From an uncultured archaeon (GTDB lineage Archaea; Asgardarchaeota; Lokiarchaeia; Sigyniarchaeales; SOKP01), in assembly GCA_964508365.1 (NCBI GenBank), contig CAZDTP010000002.1, forward strand, positions 92,434 through 156,433: a stretch of DNA of 64,000 nt, read 5' to 3'. Both the position numbers and the translations under genes were made by a program. The notes under the pieces were generated by a model. The model was not told the DNA's origin and did no database searches. It worked only from the letters and a program-made list of their open reading frames with translations. Of the stretch, positions 1 through 7,642 are shown one piece after another (within the stretch, counting starts at the first letter, position 1; each line of letters opens with the position of its first letter).

Positions 1-1105
1 TTTTGTAGCCCGGGATTGATGCTATAGCTTTCTTAACATAATGAGCTTTTTGAAAATTCTGGTTGGCAATTTCGCGTAACCCCGTTCTTCCTAATGAGAC
101 GAGATAAATAAGCGCAGACAGTGAGCATAATGCTTGGTTAGTACATATGTTCGAACTTGCTTTTTCCCTCCTAATGTGCTGTTCTCGAGCTTGTAATGTT
201 AACAAGAAACCTTCACGGTCTCCGTTTATCTCTTTGGTTTTTCCAACTAATCTTCCCGGTATTTTCCTCAGAAATTTCTTTTTTGCTGTGAAAATTCCTA
301 AGCCTGGACCCCCAAATGATGGACTTATTCCAAAGGACTGACCCTCTGCCACGAATATATCTACATTAGTTTTTCCAGGGGGTTTCAAGAGCCCTAGACA
401 AGTAGGGTCAGTCATACACTGGATCAACAAACAGTTGGGATACTTTTCCTTCACTTTATTTGACATCACTAAAACATCGGTAATGTCTCCAAAAAAATTT
501 GGGCTTTGGAACATAACGGCGGCAATATCTTCGTTTAACACATCATTCAATTTATCTTCAGAAGTAATTATAAGTTCGATGTTTTGTCCCCAACAATAAG
601 TCTTCACTACATCAATATAATCGGGATGAACACCTTCTAATAAAATGACTTGATTTTTCCCCGATATAATAGAAGCCATGATAGCTGCTTCTGCAAGGGA
701 TGTCGATCCATCGTACATACTCGCGTTAGCAACTTCCATTTCAGTGAGTCGAGAGATTACGCTCTGATATTCGTAAATTGCCTGTAGATAACCTTGACTA
801 GCTTCTGCTTGGTATGGTGTGTATGAAGTATAGAATTCCGATCGACTTATAACAAAATCAACTAAGGAAGGGATATAGTGATAGTAACAACCAGCTCCTA
901 AAAATGAATGAGAATATATTTTATTTTTATTGCCATACTCTTTCATTTTATCTAGAACATCAGGTTCCGACATCCCTTCAGAGATATTTAATGTTTTAAT
1001 GATTAAATCTTTAGGAATATCTTGAAACAAATCATCTACATCGGGAACATTAATAATTTTAAGCATTTCAGCTATAGTTTTCTCATCATGAGATATAAAA
1101 TCCAT
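1..1105 (-). CDS. gcvPA: Glycine cleavage system P protein subunit 1 (3' end truncated by window edge; absent from ORF track)
   Basis: Manual translation from ATG at 1105: MDFISHDEKTIAEMLKII...SFLGAGCYYHYIP...YTPYQAEASQG...NASMYDGSTSLAEAA...LQAREQHIRREKASSNICTNQAL; directly follows gcvH. Confidence 0.93.
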   Translation of the reverse strand, partial: MDFISHDEKTIAEMLKIINVPDVDDLFQDIPKDLIIKTLNISEGMSEPDVLDKMKEYGNKNKIYSHSFLGAGCYYHYIPSLVDFVISRSEFYTSYTPYQAEASQGYLQAIYEYQSVISRLTEMEVANASMYDGSTSLAEAAIMASIISGKNQVILLEGVHPDYIDVVKTYCWGQNIELIITSEDKLNDVLNEDIAAVMFQSPNFFGDITDVLVMSNKVKEKYPNCLLIQCMTDPTCLGLLKPPGKTNVDIFVAEGQSFGISPSFGGPGLGIFTAKKKFLRKIPGRLVGKTKEINGDREGFLLTLQAREQHIRREKASSNICTNQALCSLSALIYLVSLGRTGLREIANQNFQKAHYVKKAIASIPGYK

Positions 1106-1160
1106 TTTATCCAACTCCTATAAATAAAAAATTTAAAATAAAAGTTTTACCATAATCTCG

Positions 1161-1553
1161 TTAATTCTCTTCTTCTGCGATTCTTTTATAATCTTCAACT
1201 GATAAAAGATCGTTGATCTCCAATTCATTTGTATATTCTAATTTAAGCATCCAACCAGAGCTAAAAGGAGAAGAATTAACTAATTCGGGATTTTCAACAA
1301 GGGTACTGTTTACTTCAATAATTCTACCAGATAATGGCATTAACAACTCACCGACTGCTTTTACAGATTCAATTTCACCAGCGCTGCTCTGTCTTTCCAA
1401 ATTTGCCCCTTTTTCTGGCAACTCGATATACACAATATCACCTAATTGATGTTGAGCAAAATCTGTTATACCTACAGTGGCTGTTTTATCTTCGAGTCTT
1501 ACCCATTCATGCGTTTTCGTATATTTTAAGTTATCAGGGAATTCATAATTCAT
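1161..1553 (-). CDS. gcvH: Glycine cleavage system H protein (lipoyl carrier)
   Basis: YTKTHEWV, GITDFAQHQLGDIVYIELP, EIESVKAV (lipoyl Lys) motifs. Confidence 0.96.
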   Translation of the reverse strand: MNYEFPDNLKYTKTHEWVRLEDKTATVGITDFAQHQLGDIVYIELPEKGANLERQSSAGEIESVKAVGELLMPLSGRIIEVNSTLVENPELVNSSPFSSGWMLKLEYTNELEINDLLSVEDYKRIAEEEN

Positions 1554-1588
1554 ATTTATCTACCTCATACTATAAAATAAAGTGTTAT

Positions 1589-2674
1589 TCAAACATTGCG
1601 AAAGAACGGTGTAGATACGACAGTTCCTTTAAGATTTTTATTTCTCACTTGAATTTCAAGCGTAGTTCCTATCTCTTTGTATTGTTTATTAATAAGACCT
1701 AAACCAATCGTTTTTTTGAGAGTTGGAGAATATCCTCCTGAGGTGACATACCCAATTTCGACATTTTCCTTGAAAATTTTAAAATTTTCTCTAATGATAC
1801 CTCGTTCCAATAAATTCAATCCTACTATTATTCTCTCAGTTCCATGTGTTTTTTGTTCCATAAGTATTTTTTTACCAATGTACTCTATCCCCTCTTTAGG
1901 TTTAACTAACCAAAATAGTCCTGCCTCTACAGGCGTTATTGAATCGTTTATTTCATGGCCATATAAAGAATAGGTGGCCTCTAACCTTAAAGAATCTCTT
2001 GCCCCTAAACCAGCTGGAGATGCTCCAGTTTGGATCAAATCACTCCAAGTTTTCTCTGCGTAGACATTATCGATTGATAATTCAAATCCTCTCTCACCAG
2101 TATAACCTGTTCTAGCGATAAATATCGGAGCTTTATTTAAATTACCATGAGCAAAATAGAAGCGATTAATCGAGTTTAAATCTACATCAACCAAAGGTTG
2201 TAGATATTCATCAGATTTGGGACCTTGAAAAGCTAAACGCGATCGCACTGAAGATAAGTTGGTGATTTTTACATCTCTACTACCTATATGCTCGTTTAAC
2301 CACTGAAAGTCTTTTTCAACATTCCCAGCATTAACAATCATTCTAAATTTGTTTGGATTTTCTTCGTAATAAACTAAATCATCAACGACGGTACCGTTAT
2401 CGAAACACATGCAAGAATATTGACCTTTCGATGGTTCGAGTAAGTTTAAATCGTTTATCATTACATATTGAAGAAAGTCAATGACATCCTCACCCTCCAA
2501 CAGAAATTCGCCCATGTGAGATACATCAAATACCCCTGCTTTAGATCGTACTGCTTCATGCTCTTTTATGATGCTGTCGTATTGAACTGGCATACTAAAA
2601 CCAGCAAAATCTACCATCTTTGCTCCTAATTCTATATGACAGTTATAGAAGGGCGTTTTTTTAAGTTCTGGAAT
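1589..2674 (-). CDS. gcvT: Glycine cleavage system T protein (aminomethyltransferase); start extended from 2617 to a probable ATT at 2674
   Basis: DVSHMGEF, RTGYTGERGFE, GLGARDSLRLEA motifs. The conserved N-terminal LKKTPFYNCHIELGAKMVDFAG lies in frame upstream of the track start. Confidence 0.93.
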   Translation of the reverse strand: MPELKKTPFYNCHIELGAKMVDFAGFSMPVQYDSIIKEHEAVRSKAGVFDVSHMGEFLLEGEDVIDFLQYVMINDLNLLEPSKGQYSCMCFDNGTVVDDLVYYEENPNKFRMIVNAGNVEKDFQWLNEHIGSRDVKITNLSSVRSRLAFQGPKSDEYLQPLVDVDLNSINRFYFAHGNLNKAPIFIARTGYTGERGFELSIDNVYAEKTWSDLIQTGASPAGLGARDSLRLEATYSLYGHEINDSITPVEAGLFWLVKPKEGIEYIGKKILMEQKTHGTERIIVGLNLLERGIIRENFKIFKENVEIGYVTSGGYSPTLKKTIGLGLINKQYKEIGTTLEIQVRNKNLKGTVVSTPFFRNV

Positions 2675-2826
2675 TAAATCTACACCTATTATTGTGTTTA
2701 ATATTCTACTGTGAGTATAAAGTACAGAGAGTTATTTAAGTTTTCAGACTAAAAATAATGGAGAATTTTAAGGGAAAAAAATGGGTTGTTATATTATTAT
2801 ATTAATGAAAGATTCTAATCGTAAGA

Positions 2827-3363
2827 CTATTCCTCTACGGGAATCTGAACTAAACTAAGCGTATCATACCCTACTAGTTTATCTCTACCATGTAGGCTTC
2901 CAGTGAGTTCTATAACAAATGCTATGCCTACTACAACACCACCCGCTTTTTCTATCAGATTACAAGCTGCTTTAGCGGTACCTCCAGTCGCTAATAAATC
3001 ATCAAATAAGAGAACTTTTTCTCCTTTTTCTATAGCATCTTTATGCATTTCAATTGTATCAGTTCCATATTCTAGTTCATAAGTCTCACTTATCGTCTCA
3101 GCAGGTAATTTTCCAGGCTTTCTTATTAATACAAATCCTGCACCTAACTGGTATGCCAATACACCGCCCCAGATATATCCTCTAGCTTCAACAGCACAAA
3201 TTTTATTTATCCCCTTATTATTAAAATGGTTAATTAACCTATCACAAGATTCTTTGAACGCACCATGATTTTTACTTAAAGTTGTAATATCTTTAAACTG
3301 AATTCCTTCGATTGGAAAATCTGGGACATTTCTGATATAACTCTCTAAATCCATAATAAACAA
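2827..3363 (-). CDS. apt: Adenine phosphoribosyltransferase
   Basis: IRNVPDFPIEGIQFKDIT, VEARGY, LIRKPGKLP, VLLFDDLLATGGT PRPP-binding motif. Confidence 0.95.
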   Translation of the reverse strand: MFIMDLESYIRNVPDFPIEGIQFKDITTLSKNHGAFKESCDRLINHFNNKGINKICAVEARGYIWGGVLAYQLGAGFVLIRKPGKLPAETISETYELEYGTDTIEMHKDAIEKGEKVLLFDDLLATGGTAKAACNLIEKAGGVVVGIAFVIELTGSLHGRDKLVGYDTLSLVQIPVEE

Positions 3364-3534
3364 AAATCTCTTTTTATTAAAATTAAAGTTTACATAAGGT
3401 AATTTAAAATTATATTTAATTCAATCGTCATTTTAATTGAAATCTATTAATTTAACCGAAATTAGAAAAAATTAAATAAACATCCTTTTATAAAAAATAT
3501 ATTAGAAGTATAAATTGTTTAATGGTGAAAAGAA

Positions 3535-4491
3535 ATAAAAGTACTGTTATTTGGTCCCGGTGGTGCAGGTAAAACATCGCTAATGCGTACTACTTGTTTA
3601 GGATATAACTTCATGAAAGTGCTCAATCTAAAACCTACAAAAGGAGTTTCGAGGGAAAATTTTATCTTTCGTGGAATTATGGAATTATCCATCTGGGATC
3701 TAGGAGGACAACAACTTTACATGGACAGATACTTCTCTGAAAAACAACGAGAGCTTGTCTTTTCTGAAGTAATGACGGCAGTTTTCATGGTGGATTCAAC
3801 GGCAAATGAACCTCGTTTAAAAGAAATTTTTGATAATTTTTTGAAGTACCTCTTTGAATTTAGTCCTCAAGTCGAGAAAGTATATGTTTTGCTAAATAAA
3901 ATTGATCTTCAGGAATCGAAGGAAGACGAATTATATGAACTACTTATCGATAAGCTCACCGACGATTTGAAAAATAGAGTTGCTTTTACCCCTGTATCGG
4001 TGAAAGAGGGGAGTGCTCAACATAGATTAATTGAAATTTTAGATTACAAAATCCAACAAAATACTTTAGCGCTACAAAGACTAGGAAAAATAAGACACAT
4101 GCTAGATCAGTTAAAGATTATTACACTCTCGGAATACTTTTTGTTTAATCAACCGGATGGGCTATTAATAGCATCAACTTTGGGAAAAATAGATTTAAAT
4201 CATAAACTTCAATTTATGAAGCTAGAAATAGGAACGCTTGAATCGAATATATATCAAATCTTCACAAGGATTATGAATCTTTCAGATTCCCCGTTGTCAC
4301 CTCTGGAATTATCCACTGTCATATATGAAAGCGAATATAACTATATTTTAATGAAGGAACTTAGCAATGGATCGGTACTGATGGTTGTTACAAAAGATAA
4401 AACTATTGGAACTTTTAATACGGTGATAACCGAATTAAATGGAGAAGATTTCCAAAATTTGAAAAAATTCCTTAATAGGGACGACTTTTAA
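3535..4491 (+). CDS. Rag/Gtr-like small GTPase with C-terminal roadblock-like domain; probable ATA start at 3535
   Basis: P-loop GPGGAGKTS lies in frame upstream of the track start (3583); also PTKG (G2), WDLGGQ (G3), NKID (G4). C-terminal FNQPDGLLIAS...ILMKELSNGSVLMVV resembles roadblock/LC7. Confidence 0.8.
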   Translation: MKVLLFGPGGAGKTSLMRTTCLGYNFMKVLNLKPTKGVSRENFIFRGIMELSIWDLGGQQLYMDRYFSEKQRELVFSEVMTAVFMVDSTANEPRLKEIFDNFLKYLFEFSPQVEKVYVLLNKIDLQESKEDELYELLIDKLTDDLKNRVAFTPVSVKEGSAQHRLIEILDYKIQQNTLALQRLGKIRHMLDQLKIITLSEYFLFNQPDGLLIASTLGKIDLNHKLQFMKLEIGTLESNIYQIFTRIMNLSDSPLSPLELSTVIYESEYNYILMKELSNGSVLMVVTKDKTIGTFNTVITELNGEDFQNLKKFLNRDDF

Positions 4492-5512
4492 TTAATTCTA
4501 AATCAATTTTATTAGAAAATATTGTTATATTAGAATGTTCTTCAATAATAGAAAACAAATAATTGTTTGTATTTTTAATTACAGGTGTTATAAACAATAA
4601 TTCTTCTTCGGGAATGCATTTTTCAACTTTTTCGTTTAATACCTCTTTTTCAAAAAATTCTTTAATATAAGTAATTCGGACGATGAGATCGTCGAATTCT
4701 TTTTTACTGTTATTCTTTACTAAAACTTCTATTTCCTGAAAATTGTTAATACTATATATACTAGTTATTTTAAATTGATCTTTAATTCCTAATTTTTGCT
4801 GAACAACTCTATCATAATCAAATAATCGAATTTTAGAAAACGATTTATTTTGATTGTTTATGACAATGTGGTCAATATCGATTCCTTTAAATGTTAAATA
4901 AGAAATTGCTTTTTGCAATTTGAAAGTGGTCGTATCAGTTTGTTTAATTACAGATGAAAAATATTCCTCACAAGTAAGGTTAATTATAGCTTTTATTTCT
5001 TCTTTTATTTGATCTCCTTTTTTTATCTTATTGATTAATTTCTCTGTTTTGATAATTTCTAGTTTCGCAATTTCTGACTCGATTACATAATAAAGCGTAT
5101 TTTCAAATTTGGTGATTAATTTTTCCGTTAATAAGTTTAATACATCTCCCCCAAAAACATCTAAATCTGTTGGTAACATAAGTATCAATACAATCGTTTC
5201 ACCCAATTTTGGAAAAGACCCTGATCTTCTTTTAACTCTCTTAGAATCAATAATAATTTTCTTCGCAAAATACATTTGATTACAATATTCTAAATCGATT
5301 CGGTTAATTGTAGTTTCATCTTTAAGTTCTAAAAACCAAATTGGATGGTATCTTATAAGATGTAATTTTCCCGAATCATCATCTAGCGCATTTTCTGGAC
5401 AAATAAGAAGTGGGATATGACCTAAAGTCTCATCAAAATAAAACAAAAGAGTCTCACACAATTCACTAAATGGACACTCTGTATTGGCGTTATTTAAGAG
5501 ATTTTCTTTCAA
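4472..5512 (-). CDS. Hypothetical protein, possible N-terminal longin/uDENN-like domain and C-terminal Ig-like sandwich
   Basis: 346-aa ORF. LLFYFDETLGHIPLLICP resembles the start of uDENN/longin domains; C-terminal IEVLVKNNSKKEFDDLIVRI is Ig-like. Domain calls are pattern inference. Confidence 0.45.
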   Translation of the reverse strand: MKENLLNNANTECPFSELCETLLFYFDETLGHIPLLICPENALDDDSGKLHLIRYHPIWFLELKDETTINRIDLEYCNQMYFAKKIIIDSKRVKRRSGSFPKLGETIVLILMLPTDLDVFGGDVLNLLTEKLITKFENTLYYVIESEIAKLEIIKTEKLINKIKKGDQIKEEIKAIINLTCEEYFSSVIKQTDTTTFKLQKAISYLTFKGIDIDHIVINNQNKSFSKIRLFDYDRVVQQKLGIKDQFKITSIYSINNFQEIEVLVKNNSKKEFDDLIVRITYIKEFFEKEVLNEKVEKCIPEEELLFITPVIKNTNNYLFSIIEEHSNITIFSNKIDLELIKSRPY

Positions 5513-5570
5513 TTTAAATCATTATTTTCTTCATCAAATCAATTATATTTAATGAATATTATTTTTAATG

Positions 5571-6875
5571 TTAATGAGAAGCGCACGATATGCAAGGATC
5601 AAATGCTCTTATCATTCTTTGAGTTTTTTCTTTAACAGAATCGATATCTTCTTTTTCATATAGCTTTTTAGCATATTCTGTGATCATTTTGTTAAGAATA
5701 GGCAAATTTATTTCGGTTGCAATGAAAAGTTTTACTTGATCAACGATTTTAGCTTTATTTAAATGATAATGATGCATTAATACACCTCTTGGTGCTTCGA
5801 GAACCCCTATTCCATTTGATTTTTTTATTGAGTTTAGGTGTTCAAGTTTTGTTTTACTTTTTAGTGAAGTAGTATTTACCATTTCAACACTTTTCTGAAT
5901 TTCGTAATAACTTTCAATTAATTGTAAAAAGTTTAAAAATAATAAATTGCTTTTCCATTTTTTTCCAAAATTGCTTATATATTCGGATATTTTATCAATC
6001 CCATAATTTTGAGTTATCTTATAGCGTGCTATTGGTCCTGTTAAAATGTTATTTTTCGAATTTGACTTAAACGTAATCCCATAAAGATTAGGGTTTTTAT
6101 CAAAATATTTTGAATAATTTTTCGCTTGAAAATCGTCGTAAGTTGCTTCATTTTGTTCAATTCTGAGATCTCCTTCATATCTATCAAACCCCATATTATT
6201 CTTTAAACCGAAAAATATAGGATTAGAAAGATTAAATTCTGTAGGAGGATCAAAAGCAGAAAATAAATCTATAAAATTTTCAATTATGGTGTCTATATAG
6301 TAAATCCCCTTTTTTAGATATTTCTCTATAGAAATTAAACTCTTTCGATTAGGATTGAATATTAATCCTCCAGGAATAGGAGTAATTGGATGTAGCATCC
6401 TTCCTCCTATTAACTTATTTATTTCTGAACCAATTTTTATTAAATTAAAAACATTTGTCGTTAATTGAGGATTGTAATTAATCAAATTATAAGGATCGTT
6501 AATTGTATGATTAATATTAAATATTTTTAATAAATCTGGAAAGGACTGGAAAAAATAATGCATCATGTGCGATTTTATTAATTCTCCGGATAATAAAAGC
6601 CTTCTAAGCAAAATTGATTTATATGATGGTTCTATTCCGTATATATCTTCTATTGCTTTGCAACTTGCAATTGTTTGAGATGCGTAGCACAATCCACAAA
6701 TTCTAGATACTATTTTTGGAATTTCTAATAATTTTTTCCCTACTAAAATATTTTCAAATCCTCTAAATACTGAAAAATTTAATTCAGTTTGATAAATTTC
6801 ATCATTTTTTAAATAAATGATTAAGTTTCCACTACCTTCAACTCTTGTGCATGCTGCCACAACTTTATCTATCAA
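5571..6875 (-). CDS. Group 3 [NiFe]-hydrogenase large subunit (MvhA-like, divergent)
   Basis: TRVEGSG, L1 RICGLCYASQ, EAPRGVLMHHY, L2 RAFDPCISCASH at the very C-terminus. Confidence 0.88.
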   Translation of the reverse strand: MIDKVVAACTRVEGSGNLIIYLKNDEIYQTELNFSVFRGFENILVGKKLLEIPKIVSRICGLCYASQTIASCKAIEDIYGIEPSYKSILLRRLLLSGELIKSHMMHYFFQSFPDLLKIFNINHTINDPYNLINYNPQLTTNVFNLIKIGSEINKLIGGRMLHPITPIPGGLIFNPNRKSLISIEKYLKKGIYYIDTIIENFIDLFSAFDPPTEFNLSNPIFFGLKNNMGFDRYEGDLRIEQNEATYDDFQAKNYSKYFDKNPNLYGITFKSNSKNNILTGPIARYKITQNYGIDKISEYISNFGKKWKSNLLFLNFLQLIESYYEIQKSVEMVNTTSLKSKTKLEHLNSIKKSNGIGVLEAPRGVLMHHYHLNKAKIVDQVKLFIATEINLPILNKMITEYAKKLYEKEDIDSVKEKTQRMIRAFDPCISCASH

Positions 6876-7642
6876 ACCTTCCCTCCTACAGTCGATTTTG
6901 AGAACCTATAATATATCGCTTTATATTTTCTTAAGTCTTTAGAAAGGTGAAAAAGGCTTAAAATGTTGATTAAATTCGCTGTAAAACCCTTTGAAGCCGT
7001 GCCAAGACATCCTTCACAGGGTAATCCTTGATTTATACAGAGATGATCACAACCATCTCGAGTAACAGGACCTAAACATAAAATCCCGTCGTTTAAAAAA
7101 CACGATAAATTTTCTTCCGGAAAATGAATTTCATCGTTTCTTGGAACAATCTTTTCTATTGTTAATGGAAAATCAAATTTTGCGTGGTTGTTTAAAGGAC
7201 AAGTAGAACACATATTTTTTAAGCTTAGCTTGATTTTTTTGTTCTCAACTAAATTCAATATACAATTTCCTAAAAGTATGGACGGAGGAGGACATCCAGG
7301 AATAATACCATCAATTTCTACGTACTTTGAAATAGGATACGATTCTTTTTTATTTGAGAGACTAAGAATCCCCCCAAATGCAGAGCATGTACCTAATGCA
7401 TATAATTTTTTTGCATTTTTTCGTATTTCTTGAAGATATTCGATTTGATTCTTTTCGGATACGCACCCCTCTACTAGCGCTATATCGCATTCTTTGATCT
7501 CTAAATTGTCAGATATAAATGGAAAATATTCGATTTTCGTTCTCTCAAGAAATTGTGGAAATACATCTAACGATATTAATGCTGATATACATCCAGTACA
7601 AGACGTTAAAGAAGTAATTAAAAATTTAAGCCTTACTTTTAA
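6872..7642 (-). CDS. [NiFe]-hydrogenase small subunit (MvhG-like); ORF track shows only the C-terminal half
   Basis: The frame is open to 7642: KVRLKFLITSLTSCTGCISALI...ALVEGCV...ALGTCSAFGGI...IPGCPP...CFLNDGILCLGPVTRDGCDHLCINQGLPCEGC. No canonical start codon precedes the CxxC motif. Confidence 0.85.
   Translation of the reverse strand, partial: LKVRLKFLITSLTSCTGCISALISLDVFPQFLERTKIEYFPFISDNLEIKECDIALVEGCVSEKNQIEYLQEIRKNAKKLYALGTCSAFGGILSLSNKKESYPISKYVEIDGIIPGCPPPSILLGNCILNLVENKKIKLSLKNMCSTCPLNNHAKFDFPLTIEKIVPRNDEIHFPEENLSCFLNDGILCLGPVTRDGCDHLCINQGLPCEGCLGTASKGFTANLINILSLFHLSKDLRKYKAIYYRFSKSTVGGKV

Noticed and set aside
147-1973. Plus-strand ORFs 147..341, 1213..1449, 1334..1702, 1677..1973
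   Set aside because: Antisense shadows of gcvPA/H/T with no recognisable motifs.
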